DNA of 64,000 nucleotides from Candidatus Woesearchaeota archaeon (GCA_965205335.1 OZ242164.1:608001-672000), one strand, 5' to 3'; shown: positions 40,863 through 50,795, counted from the first letter of the stretch. The notes: a model not told the origin generated them from the sequence alone. Numbers and translations are program-made.

Positions 40863-41008
40863 AGTAATAGCACGTAACAATACTAGTTCCATCATCATTA
40901 GAGCATTCCCAAGAAAAACCAGAAACTGCATTACCAGTTGGTGTTCCTGATGCACAGGCGCCTACAGACCAACCACAAGCTGGAGGTGGACATGAATTAC
41001 ATTCTACA

Positions 41009-43585
41009 CTAGCATATGATGGGCAACACACAAGGGCAAATAATTACATCAAAACCATTAGTGCATTGCCAAGAATCGCCAGGAATACTAACACCAGCAA
41101 TTTCTGTTCCTGATATACAGCTACCAAAACTATTACCACATCTCGGTGGAGGAGGAGGAGGAGGTGGAGGACTCACAACACAAGAACCACTAATACAAGT
41201 CCCTGATGAACAATAAGTGCCCGAACAACTTATACTACAGGATTCACAAGAATCAGCATGAGAGCAAGTGCCAGTATATCCTACCGTTTTTCCACATGCT
41301 AAGTTGGAAGGACAAGACACACCACAGGTTCCGCAAGGCTTACCAGCACTACACCGTACTTCCCCACATACACTTCTACAACTCCATTCATATTCTGAAC
41401 AAGAATCAGGTGGATGATAATTATGATCTCCAGAGGAACAGGTGTTTGCACTACTTCCACAACTTGGTATCACATCACAAGGTGGTGGATCACAACTTCC
41501 ACTTGAACACCCATGAGGACAATAAGTTGAAGTTTCACTACAAGAAGAATCTCTTGACTTTGCATAATCTCCATCACACCAAGAACTTGGAGTACAAATT
41601 GGTGGTGCTGGATCACAACTTCCACTTGAACACCCATGAGGACAATAAGTTGAAGTTTCACTACAAGAAGAATCTCTTGACTTTGCATAATCTCCATCAC
41701 ACCAAGAACTTGGAGTACAAGTTGGTGGTGCTGGATCACAACTTCCACTTGAACACCCATAAGGACAATGAGTTGAAGTTACACTACAAGAAGAATCTCT
41801 TGACTTTGCATAATCTCCATCACACCAAGAACTTGGAGTACAAATTGGTGGTGCTGGATCACAACTTCCACTTGAACACCCATGAGGACAATAAGTTGAA
41901 GTTTCACTACAAGAAGAATCTCTTGACTTTGCATAATCTCCATCACACCAAGAACTTGGAGTACAAGTTGGTGGTGCTGGATCACAACTTCCACTTGAAC
42001 ACCCATAAGGACAATGAGTTGAAGTTACACTACAAGAAGAATCTCTTGACTTTGCATAATCTCCATCACACCAAGAACTTGGAGTACAAGTTGGTGGACA
42101 GGAACCACCGACACAAGTCCCAGATGAACAATAAGTGCCTGTTCCTGAACAAATATAATCACAGGAGTTTCCATTACCAGAGCAAGTGCCTGGCACAATC
42201 CCTAATGGACTTGTTCCACAAGTAACACTTGATGGGGATTTACATGTCTCACCTGCATTCTTCCAACAGGTTCCACAGGAAGGAGGTGGAGGTGGACTCA
42301 CAACACAAAAACCACTAACACAAGTCCCAGATGAACAGTAGGTACCTGTTCCTGGACAACTTCTAGTGCAGGAGTTTCCAGTACAAGAGTAGGTACCTGA
42401 TGGGTCTGGTATTGGACTTCCACATAATACACCTGATTTGGAAGCACATGATGGTGCACTACATGTATTAGCAGTACATGAATTACTCTTACAACAACCT
42501 GATAGACAATTGGTACCTGTGCCGACGCAGGTCTTGGTACAGTTTGCACCACTAATGGAGCAAATGCCAGATACATATGGCATTGAAGTCCCACATGATA
42601 CACTGGAAGGAGGATCACAAGTCCCGACACAAGTTCCACAAAGTATTGGTACACAACTACTACCATCACAAATATATGATGAATATGAACATTTGGTGCC
42701 TGTTCCTGGACAAGTTCTAGTGCAGGAGTTTCCAGTATTAGAGCAAGTGCCAGATACAGCTGGTATTGAAGTTCCACATGATACACCGGAAGGAGAAGAA
42801 CAAGTCCCTTGACAGGTTCCACACAGTTTTGCCTTACTACACATACCCGAATTATTTCCCCCATTCAAACCATCACAACGCCATCTGTAGTGGGTGGGGG
42901 TGTCAGTATACGCTCCACCGTTAGATGTCCCACTTGTACAGCCATTTCTTACCGCATTATTGCATATTCCATTCACAGGAGTAGAAGGGATTAATTTGCT
43001 ACACATACTTGAGTTAGTTCCACCATTAACTCCACTGCAATACCATATATGATGAGTTGAATTGGAAGAGGAGTTGTAAATGTTACCAATAATACAAGTG
43101 TCTTTACCCGAACCGCATACGCCATCTTCAGCAGGGAAAGAAATAAAATTTCTACAGCAAAAAGATCCCATTTTGTCATCATCACTGCTATTAAAATTTG
43201 GATCTAATCTGAATCCATAAATGTCATATTCCCCTGAACCAACCTTTGTCCAGCTAGAAGGACAAACTATGCCCCTCGTCCAAGTACAGACTCCCTTTTC
43301 ACACCTCCCTCCAACTTGGGCATCAACGTAATCTTTATTAACTGCATCACTTCCATTTATCGGAGTTGGAACATCAGTTATCTTGCCAGAATCTCTCAAA
43401 CTCAATGTACTGTTTAAAATAAAATCAGGAGAACCTTCGTCACTTCCTAAAACCCCTCCTCTTACGTCAGAGGCATTATGCCAAACACTGTTTGTATCCG
43501 CAAAAACAAGAACTTCTATCCCCGTAAGAACAAAAAGAATGGCAAAAATACTAATAAAAATTCCAAATAAATTTCTTCTAATCAT
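41009..43585 (-). CDS. Secreted Cys/Ser/Gly/Pro-rich repeat surface protein (adhesin-like)
   Basis: Signal-like N-terminus, ITDVPTP..DAVNKDYVD neck-like motif, many Cys modules, poly-Pro linkers. Confidence 0.85.
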   Translation of the reverse strand: MIRRNLFGIFISIFAILFVLTGIEVLVFADTNSVWHNASDVRGGVLGSDEGSPDFILNSTLSLRDSGKITDVPTPINGSDAVNKDYVDAQVGGRCEKGVCTWTRGIVCPSSWTKVGSGEYDIYGFRLDPNFNSSDDDKMGSFCCRNFISFPAEDGVCGSGKDTCIIGNIYNSSSNSTHHIWYCSGVNGGTNSSMCSKLIPSTPVNGICNNAVRNGCTSGTSNGGAYTDTPTHYRWRCDGLNGGNNSGMCSKAKLCGTCQGTCSSPSGVSCGTSIPAVSGTCSNTGNSCTRTCPGTGTKCSYSSYICDGSSCVPILCGTCVGTCDPPSSVSCGTSMPYVSGICSISGANCTKTCVGTGTNCLSGCCKSNSCTANTCSAPSCASKSGVLCGSPIPDPSGTYSCTGNSCTRSCPGTGTYCSSGTCVSGFCVVSPPPPPSCGTCWKNAGETCKSPSSVTCGTSPLGIVPGTCSGNGNSCDYICSGTGTYCSSGTCVGGSCPPTCTPSSWCDGDYAKSRDSSCSVTSTHCPYGCSSGSCDPAPPTCTPSSWCDGDYAKSRDSSCSETSTYCPHGCSSGSCDPAPPICTPSSWCDGDYAKSRDSSCSVTSTHCPYGCSSGSCDPAPPTCTPSSWCDGDYAKSRDSSCSETSTYCPHGCSSGSCDPAPPICTPSSWCDGDYAKSRDSSCSETSTYCPHGCSSGSCDPPPCDVIPSCGSSANTCSSGDHNYHPPDSCSEYEWSCRSVCGEVRCSAGKPCGTCGVSCPSNLACGKTVGYTGTCSHADSCESCSISCSGTYCSSGTCISGSCVVSPPPPPPPPPRCGNSFGSCISGTEIAGVSIPGDSWQCTNGFDVIICPCVLPIIC
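41484..42096 (-). repeat. Five tandem 123-bp (41-aa) near-identical coding repeats
   Basis: GGATCACAACTTCCACTTGAACACCC at 41487, 41610, 41733, 41856 and 41979. Confidence 0.97.
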
Positions 43586-43739
43586 GAAAAATTCCCCTTT
43601 GAAAAATATATATAAGTTAGTTTAAACTATAAAGTAATGATAAGTTCAAGAAGTCCCACTATGATTAGAATCTGCTATTCAAATGTAGCATAAATAATTT
43701 ATAAAAAAGAATAAAAAATAAAATTTAGCAATTACAGAT

Positions 43740-43890
43740 TAATAATTGCCTTTTTTTTAGTAGATTTGCAGACTTTGATGCTATAACCCTGACCCTTGCA
43801 GGACTATCCTTAAACAACTCAATATAAGAATTCACTGCTGCAACAGGCATATTCATTACTACAATATCAAACACACTAAATAAAGATTTT
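43740..43890 (+). pseudogene. Decayed fragment of a DUF4010 (MgtC/SapB family) membrane protein gene
   Basis: Reads SRFADFDAITLTLAGLSLNNSI*EFTAATGIFITTISNTLNK, similar to the family SGLADVDAIT...SNTLVK segment (from recall). Confidence 0.5.
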
Positions 43891-43932
43891 CACATATTTT
43901 GTAGGCTCAAAAACATGCTCCATGAAAATTAT

Positions 43933-44706
43933 TCACATCTTGGAAATTTCGGTTTTAATTGGATTCTTTATACCTGATTGTTCTTCTTTTGGTCTAAAAT
44001 ACTTTAATATGACTCCTCGAATCAATGGGAATATTTTCTCTGCGAAATATACCATATCATTTTCTAAAGTTTTATAATATGCAAAATCTATATACAACTG
44101 TTGTATTTTTGGATTACTTCTCACATACCTAATATTATGCAGTAACCCTGGGATTATCTTATTTTTATACTCAAAAACATTTCTAAATTCCCATGTACCA
44201 TAGTGCCTCTTTACTTTCTTATTCCCTACAAGAACCTCCCTTACTACAACATCTCTTGCTTGAATATCTAATGCAAACTCAAACCATCCATATTTAGAGT
44301 ATTTACTCTCACACCTTGATTCCCATCTGGTTTCAAACTCCATTGAAGAATCGGGTCTTGTTAACAAAAAAAACTTTTTCTCAAAAATACCAGGAGGTCT
44401 CGTTAGATTCCTCTTAGGATCTTTATACTCACTTAATGGAGCTGAAAACTCAAAAAAATTACCTCTTTTTATTCCATCCTCCGTTCCCCATTTATCCTTA
44501 AACTCATCAAACAATAAATTCTGCATAAGTGTTGCTCTCATCTCCTTATAAAAAGCACCTAAATCAACTTCGCATGTTATATACTCTTTTCTAGAATTTC
44601 TCCTTAACCTAATAGAAATTACACCCGTTTTCTCTACTATTACTTCCTCTCTGAAAATTTTTTTTCTCTCAAGTTTTGGTATAGGATACATATAAACATA
44701 ATACAT
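43933..44706 (-). CDS. Hypothetical protein
   Basis: 257-aa ORF with host-like composition, no recognised motif. Confidence 0.7.
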   Translation of the reverse strand: MYYVYMYPIPKLERKKIFREEVIVEKTGVISIRLRRNSRKEYITCEVDLGAFYKEMRATLMQNLLFDEFKDKWGTEDGIKRGNFFEFSAPLSEYKDPKRNLTRPPGIFEKKFFLLTRPDSSMEFETRWESRCESKYSKYGWFEFALDIQARDVVVREVLVGNKKVKRHYGTWEFRNVFEYKNKIIPGLLHNIRYVRSNPKIQQLYIDFAYYKTLENDMVYFAEKIFPLIRGVILKYFRPKEEQSGIKNPIKTEISKM

Positions 44707-44777
44707 GTTCTTATCTTTTAAATATTTTTAGTCTCTAAGCATAGGTTTATTAAGTTTGAAATACTAATAAAATATTA

Positions 44778-46427
44778 ATGAGTAATTTAGAAATAATAGA
44801 ATCATTTAGCATTAAAAGTCCAACAAAAAATAACATTGTAAATTTAGTTTTAGAAACCATTGATTTAAACAAACAGGTTTTAATATTTAATTCTTCAAAA
44901 AGTTCAAGCGAAAAAACAGCAGAAGACATTGCAAACTCAATAAAAAAATCAAGTGAGGAATTAGAAGATTTATCAAAGAAAATATTAAAATCTATTCCAA
45001 ATCCAACAAGACAATGTAGAAGACTTGCCAAATGTGTTCTTAAAGGCGTAGCATTTCATCACAGCGGACTTACTTCAAAGCAAAAAACCTTAATTGAAGA
45101 TGCCTTTAAAAGTGGTTTGATAAGAGTCATTTCCTCAACCCCAACTCTTGCAGCAGGACTTAACTTGCCAGCATATAAAGTAATAATCAAAGATTACAAA
45201 AGATACTCTTCAAGAGGTTATAACGACATTCCTGTTCTCGAGTATCATCAGATGAGTGGTAGAGCAGGAAGACCCGGAAAAGAAGAAATAGGAAAATCAG
45301 TTTTATATGTAAAAACAGAAGATGAAATTGATAGAATTACAACAAAATACATATTCGGAAGTCCTGAAGAAATCATTTCAAAACTTGCTGTTGAACCAAC
45401 CCTTAAAATGTATATTCTATCTCTTGTTTCAATGGACATAATAAACACCAAACCAGAAATTGAAGAATTTTTTAAAAGTACTTTGTATGCTTACCAATAT
45501 AAGGATTTAAAAAGTTTGAACCATAATATCTTTAGAATCTTAGACATACTCAAAGAATATGATTTTATCGCGCAAGAAGATGGATATTACATTGCAACAC
45601 CTGTTGGGAAAAAAGTTTCCGAACTCTATCTAAACCCTGACACAGCATACTATTTCATTCAAAACATCCCTAAATTCTTTGAAATTTTTTCAAAACCCAA
45701 TACCACAAAGTATGATGTTTACCAATTATTGCACTTCATTTGCAACACTCTTGAAATGAAACCCTTATTCAGGGTTTTCAAATATGAAGAAGAAAATTAT
45801 ATAAGAAAAATTGAGGACATAGAAGACTCTTATATTACCCAATTTGACCCATTTGAGATGGATTACAATGAATTCATAAACACATTCAAAACCGCAGATA
45901 TACTTGAAGACTGGATTAACGAAGCACCAGAGGATTACATTTGTGAAAAATACAAAATCACCCCTGGGGAACTTAACTATAAAAACGAAGTAGTTGATTG
46001 GTTATTATACTGCTTAGAGGAAATATCAATTATGAAAAAGAATTTCTATTTTAAGAATTTTCTAAACAGACTTAGAATAAGATTCAAAGTTGGAATCAAA
46101 TCCGAACTACTCCCTCTTATCTCATTAAAAGGAATCGGACGTGTTCGCGCCAGAAAACTATTTAATGCTGGTTTGAAGAAAATTTATGACTTGAAAAGAG
46201 CAGAGCATTCAACTATCTCAAGAATTGTTGGGGAAAGCTTAGCTCTAAAAATTAAAAAACAAATATCAGAAGATACTAACGAAAAAACACTGGACTTAGA
46301 CAAAAAACCAAAAGAAATAAAAGTTAGGTCTGTAACAGACGATGAAATTGAAGAATTAATTGAAGCAGAACAAGAATTTGAAAAAGAAAAAATATCAAAA
46401 CAAACAAGTCTCAATCAGTTCTTTTAA
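44778..46427 (+). CDS. Hel308/Hjm (Ski2-like) helicase, C-terminal portion only
   Basis: QVLIF, GVAFHHSGL, TPTLAAGLNLPA, QMSGRAGRPG, LKGIGRVRARKL; no Walker A or DExH motif. Confidence 0.88.
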   Translation: MSNLEIIESFSIKSPTKNNIVNLVLETIDLNKQVLIFNSSKSSSEKTAEDIANSIKKSSEELEDLSKKILKSIPNPTRQCRRLAKCVLKGVAFHHSGLTSKQKTLIEDAFKSGLIRVISSTPTLAAGLNLPAYKVIIKDYKRYSSRGYNDIPVLEYHQMSGRAGRPGKEEIGKSVLYVKTEDEIDRITTKYIFGSPEEIISKLAVEPTLKMYILSLVSMDIINTKPEIEEFFKSTLYAYQYKDLKSLNHNIFRILDILKEYDFIAQEDGYYIATPVGKKVSELYLNPDTAYYFIQNIPKFFEIFSKPNTTKYDVYQLLHFICNTLEMKPLFRVFKYEEENYIRKIEDIEDSYITQFDPFEMDYNEFINTFKTADILEDWINEAPEDYICEKYKITPGELNYKNEVVDWLLYCLEEISIMKKNFYFKNFLNRLRIRFKVGIKSELLPLISLKGIGRVRARKLFNAGLKKIYDLKRAEHSTISRIVGESLALKIKKQISEDTNEKTLDLDKKPKEIKVRSVTDDEIEELIEAEQEFEKEKISKQTSLNQFF

Positions 46428-46571
46428 TTTTCTATCAAAAAATCCATTCCTTGAATTTTTACAGAACCATTTTAAACTCAATCTCTAAACTAATTTCTAC
46501 AAATCCATAGTTAAAGCTATTACCCACAACAAACAAAAATTTATAATATATCATAACTAAGTTATATTAAA

Positions 46572-47093
46572 ATGAAAAAAGAAAAATACATGTCTTGGGA
46601 TTCCTACTTTATGAATATTGCTATTATCTCTTCCTTTCGCTCAAAAGACCCCAAAACTCAGACAGGTGCATGCATTGTTGATACTAACAAAAAAATCATT
46701 GGAGTTGGATACAACGGACTGCCAAGAGGATGTGATGACGATGACCCAGCTTTTTGGATGGATAAGGATGATTCAGACTTTGAACACTCAAAACACTCAT
46801 ACGTTATCCATGCTGAAAAAAATGCCATTTTAAACTCAATCACAAGAGACTTAACAAATGCAAGTATTTACATAACTCTTCATCCCTGTACAACATGTGC
46901 TCAGGCAATTATTCAGACAGGCATCAAAAAAGTAATTTATCTTCATATCAAGCCCCACCACGAAAAAGAAAACAAAGCAGTAGAAAAAATGTTTAAATCC
47001 TCAGGAGTTGAACTTATTTCATATGAAAACTTAGACATTAAAGACAAAAATATTATAGAAAAACTTGAAAATATAAGAGAGTTTTATAACTAA
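46572..47093 (+). CDS. dCMP deaminase
   Basis: WDSYFM, RSKDP, GYNG, HAEKNA, PCTTC. Confidence 0.95.
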   Translation: MKKEKYMSWDSYFMNIAIISSFRSKDPKTQTGACIVDTNKKIIGVGYNGLPRGCDDDDPAFWMDKDDSDFEHSKHSYVIHAEKNAILNSITRDLTNASIYITLHPCTTCAQAIIQTGIKKVIYLHIKPHHEKENKAVEKMFKSSGVELISYENLDIKDKNIIEKLENIREFYN

Positions 47094-47377
47094 ATCAATT
47101 TCTCATCTGAGCCATCTTCTTTAACTTCATGAACATGAATACAATTAACAGGACAAGACTCAGCCGCATCCATATTATCCTCAAAATCCTCAGTTAAAGG
47201 CTCTTTATTAGAACCTAACAACTCCTCCTCACCATTTCCACTCTTCACATGATTTACAATTGAGGATTTCCCATCATTTTTCATAACCCAATGTTTGGGG
47301 CAAACACTCGCGCACGCAGAACAACCAATACAAATATCCCTATCATGCACAATCTTATATTTCTTTCGCTCAGTCAT
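47090..47377 (-). CDS. Monocluster ferredoxin
   Basis: CIGCSACASVCP ... AAESCPVNCI. Confidence 0.92.
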   Translation of the reverse strand: MTERKKYKIVHDRDICIGCSACASVCPKHWVMKNDGKSSIVNHVKSGNGEEELLGSNKEPLTEDFEDNMDAAESCPVNCIHVHEVKEDGSDEKLI

Positions 47378-47475
47378 CTTAAAAATCTAATCCTTATAAA
47401 CAATAAATAACAATAAGTATAAAAACCTTACCTAAAACTGGTTCTTTTAATAATTCGAATCTTTTTTCAATTTGA

Positions 47476-49590
47476 TTAATATCGGTTGCTAAATAATCTT
47501 ATGATATAATCTCTCGATTTTTTATGTGGCTTATATTTTTTTAAATGTTTATACAAACTTGGATTAATTGCTTCTTTCACTGCATTACGACTCTTCCCTA
47601 ACACAAATATTTTATGAACTTTTTGGAGATTTCTCAAACCTAAAAGGATTACATTCAAAGCATACAAATCACGATCAACTTCTTCGAGTCTTTCCAAATC
47701 TAAAGAGGTTGCACTACTAGCATCCAAATCACGACCAACTTTTTTGAGTATTCTCAAATTTAAAATGGTTGCACTACTAGCATCCAACTTACCACCAACC
47801 TCTTGGAGACTTAGTAGAGATAGATGAGAGGTTGCACTACGAGCATCCAAATTACTACCAACTGTTTCGAGTTTTTCCAATTTTAAAGAGGTTGCACTAC
47901 CAACATCCAAATTACCACCAACTTTTTGGAGATTTCTCAAATTTGAAAAGGTTGCACTATGAGCATCCAAATTACCACCAACTTCTTCGAGTCCTTCCAA
48001 TTCTAAAAGGGTTACACTATGAGCATCCAAATTACCACTAACCTCTTCGAGACTTGGTAAATATAGAGAGGTTGTACTATGAGCATCCAAATTACCACCA
48101 ACCTTTTGGAGTATTCCCAATTTTAAAGAGGTTGCACTACCAACATCCAAATTACCACCAATTGATTTAAGTTCCTTATATGAAAAAACTTCTCCCTGTG
48201 ATTTATCAGTAATACTACCCTTAATTTCCTCAATTATACCTTTTCTATCATCACTCAGCCATGTAAAATCAAAAATAATCCCTGAATATGATAAGAACTT
48301 CTTAAATACCTCATAATTTCTATCATTAACAGCAAGTTTTCCTTTAATTATAAAGTCTCTCTCATCTAACTCTGAAACACTAACTATCCCTCTCTGTGTC
48401 AGGAATTCATTATCTTTAAGTTTAATATTAACAAAATCTTCTTCTATCTTATTAATATTTTTCTTATTAATCAAATTTTTAAGAAAACTAAGAAATGCTT
48501 TATAATACTCCTCATCACCTTTTAATAAAGTATCTTTCACTTCCTTAATCTGTTGGATCTTCCCATTTACTATATCATATTTTATTATTAATACAATAGT
48601 GTCATCAGATCTTCTAAATAAATATTCCTCATGTTTAATTAATTTCTTAGATTGTTGCTCTAAATGAGGTTCTGAGACCAATTTAACTAATTTATAACCG
48701 TTATCTTCAAATAAAACAACTTCTGGATGAGCATATCTAGGTTCTAATATATCCTCATTTGTTTTATTTTCATAAAATTTTAAAACACTTTTGATGTCTA
48801 TTGAGAGAGTGTCTAAAAATCCTCCATTTACTTCTGGACTCGTTTCATATTCTTCAATTGCATCGCATAATGTTGAAACGTTTATGCCAGTGGGAGGAAA
48901 TTTAGAATTAATAAATCCTGAGAGTTTTACCCTTAAAAGATATTTCTGCTTAGCATCTAATTCATCAAAACCTCTCTTGACCAAACCTTGCTCAACATCA
49001 GCAGCGATGCGGTTAACATCAGCAACGATGCGGTCAACATCAGCAACGATGCGGTTAACATTAGCAATGATGCGGTCAACATCAGCAGCGGTGATATCTA
49101 AATCCTTATTTTTATTATCTCGTGTTGTAATCTTACGTGACCGAAAACGAGATAAAAAACTCCCAGATATGGTTTTTTCTTTATTACCATTTAAACCTGA
49201 CGTCTTAAAAAGGTTGTCTTTAAAATACTTGCTCAATTCAATAATTTCCTCTGCGTAAACTTGAATTTTATTTTCTAAATCAACCTTTTTTGCTTCATCC
49301 TCCTTACTATATAATGAAACGAGATACCTAATACGGACATTTAAAAAGTTGATAAGTTCTTCTTGGGGTTTACGGTCTATTTTCTCGGAAACTTTATTTG
49401 CTATATCTATTAAGTAAGTTAAGTTTCCATGTAATTCATCCTTTTTCTCAATAAACCCATGTAAGTGAGATTTATCAAACTGAGATAATAATTTAGTATC
49501 AAGTTTCTGAAATCTATCTAAAATTATCTTAAATTCGCGAAGCTTCTTTTTTAACTCATATAACACTAAATCAATATTAAGCCCAAGCAT
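47476..49590 (-). CDS. 704-aa protein: coiled-coil N-terminus, degenerate PcfJ-like domain, 20-aa LRR/receptor-L-like repeats
   Basis: LxxVGGNLDAxSATxLxLxx repeats and ADVDRI heptads. Confidence 0.8.
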   Translation of the reverse strand: MLGLNIDLVLYELKKKLREFKIILDRFQKLDTKLLSQFDKSHLHGFIEKKDELHGNLTYLIDIANKVSEKIDRKPQEELINFLNVRIRYLVSLYSKEDEAKKVDLENKIQVYAEEIIELSKYFKDNLFKTSGLNGNKEKTISGSFLSRFRSRKITTRDNKNKDLDITAADVDRIIANVNRIVADVDRIVADVNRIAADVEQGLVKRGFDELDAKQKYLLRVKLSGFINSKFPPTGINVSTLCDAIEEYETSPEVNGGFLDTLSIDIKSVLKFYENKTNEDILEPRYAHPEVVLFEDNGYKLVKLVSEPHLEQQSKKLIKHEEYLFRRSDDTIVLIIKYDIVNGKIQQIKEVKDTLLKGDEEYYKAFLSFLKNLINKKNINKIEEDFVNIKLKDNEFLTQRGIVSVSELDERDFIIKGKLAVNDRNYEVFKKFLSYSGIIFDFTWLSDDRKGIIEEIKGSITDKSQGEVFSYKELKSIGGNLDVGSATSLKLGILQKVGGNLDAHSTTSLYLPSLEEVSGNLDAHSVTLLELEGLEEVGGNLDAHSATFSNLRNLQKVGGNLDVGSATSLKLEKLETVGSNLDARSATSHLSLLSLQEVGGKLDASSATILNLRILKKVGRDLDASSATSLDLERLEEVDRDLYALNVILLGLRNLQKVHKIFVLGKSRNAVKEAINPSLYKHLKKYKPHKKSRDYIIRLFSNRY
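47611..48172 (-). repeat. About 9.5 tandem 60-bp coding repeats
   Basis: GGTTGCACTA..AGCATCCAAATTACCACCAAC recurs at 60-bp period; one unit is 63 bp. Confidence 0.95.
48995..49090 (-). repeat. About 4.5 tandem 21-bp coding repeats (ADVDRI[IVA] heptads)
   Basis: AACATCAGCAACGATGCGGT(C/T) repeated. Confidence 0.9.
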
Positions 49591-49639
49591 AATTTCAAAA
49601 GTAATAAATATGTTTAAATAAGTATGTATTCATTAATGG

Positions 49640-49670
49640 TTTAGATATAACTAATAAGGTTATGTTAAAA
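49640..49670. other. dif-like inverted repeat
   Basis: TTTAGATATAA-CTAATAAGG-TTATGTTAAAA; arms resemble Xer binding arms but the spacer is 9 bp. Confidence 0.35.
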
Positions 49671-49870
49671 ATTAGGGAAGTTTTATTATTTCATCAAATA
49701 CAATAGTAGGTTCTGCAACAGAGTATGTTATAACTAACTTCTAAAATATATTTTTAAAAAGTTATAAAGTAATCATCAACCGATGTGTTATAAAATAGAA
49801 AAGTCCCAAATTCTAAACAGAACCCTAAAACTAAACAATAGAATCTTAAACAAAAATAAAATAATTAAAA

Positions 49871-50596
49871 CTATTCAAAACCATCCTTAAAAATTTTATT
49901 TGCAAGTTCCAAACCTCCCCTTTGCGAAACCCTACCTTCCTTTAAAACAATTACTTCATCAGGTTTAATATATTCAAGAATCTTATTATAATGTGTAATA
50001 ATTAAAATGCCTATCTTCTTCTTTACTCTCACTTCTTCAATGGATTCACAAACCCGTTTTAGAGAATCAACATCAAGTCCTGAATCAATCTCATCTAAAA
50101 TAGCATACTCTGGTTCAAACAAAAGCAATTGCAAAATCTCAGACCTCTTCTTTTCTCCTCCTGAAAAACCTGAATTTACAAACCTCCCCCGAAACTTTGA
50201 ATCAAACCCTAAAATATTCATCTTCTCATTTAATAATTTCATAAACTCACCTATCTGTAAATTAGTTCCCTTAACTGAATTATACGACTGTCTTAGAAAA
50301 TTACTCATAGACACACCAGAAATTTCAACAGGTTGCTGAAAAGACATAAAAAGCCCCTTCTTTGCTCTCTTATCTGAATCAAGTTCAGTTATATTCTCCT
50401 TATCCAATAAAATTTTTCCCTTTACCATATTATACTTGGGATTTCCCATTAAAGCATTAGAAACAGTTGATTTACCTGCTCCATTTGGACCAATTAAAAC
50501 AACAACTCCACCTTTTGGAACATCAAAACTAATATCTTCAAGAATTCTCTTATCATTAACATTTACACATAAACTTCTAACCTCAAGTTTACTCAT
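49871..50596 (-). CDS. sufC: Fe-S cluster assembly ATPase
   Basis: GPNGAGKST, SFQQPVEISGV, GFSGGEKKRSE, LDEIDSGLDVD, IITH. Confidence 0.96.
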   Translation of the reverse strand: MSKLEVRSLCVNVNDKRILEDISFDVPKGGVVVLIGPNGAGKSTVSNALMGNPKYNMVKGKILLDKENITELDSDKRAKKGLFMSFQQPVEISGVSMSNFLRQSYNSVKGTNLQIGEFMKLLNEKMNILGFDSKFRGRFVNSGFSGGEKKRSEILQLLLFEPEYAILDEIDSGLDVDSLKRVCESIEEVRVKKKIGILIITHYNKILEYIKPDEVIVLKEGRVSQRGGLELANKIFKDGFE

Positions 50597-50795
50597 AAAA
50601 TAAATAACTAATACTACTTTATAAAATTAACATAGGATTTAATCCTCTTAATCTTCTTGCCTCTATAACTTCCTTGCACACACCAAAACACAAACAAAAA
50701 CCCTTAGAAATTAATAAGATACATTCCATCCTGCAAAATCAAAAAGTTTTATAAAGCAATCCTCGTTAATTTACATATAGTTAGGGTAAGTTAAA

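Noticed and set aside
40863-40955. N-terminal 30 codons of the 176-aa ORF 40425-40955
   Set aside because: They are an off-frame reading of the Cys-rich extra module, not SufS sequence.
40861-41150. Possible DGR template/variable repeat pair
   Set aside because: The two modules differ at all base types and by indels, not only at adenines; there is no reverse transcriptase in the window.
41206-42225. 339-aa His/Lys-rich ORF on the + strand
   Set aside because: Opposite-strand shadow of the 123-bp repeats of the Cys-rich gene.
43725-43890. Minus-strand reading FDIVVMNMP as a methyltransferase fragment
   Set aside because: The plus-strand reading matches a DUF4010 segment over a longer stretch.
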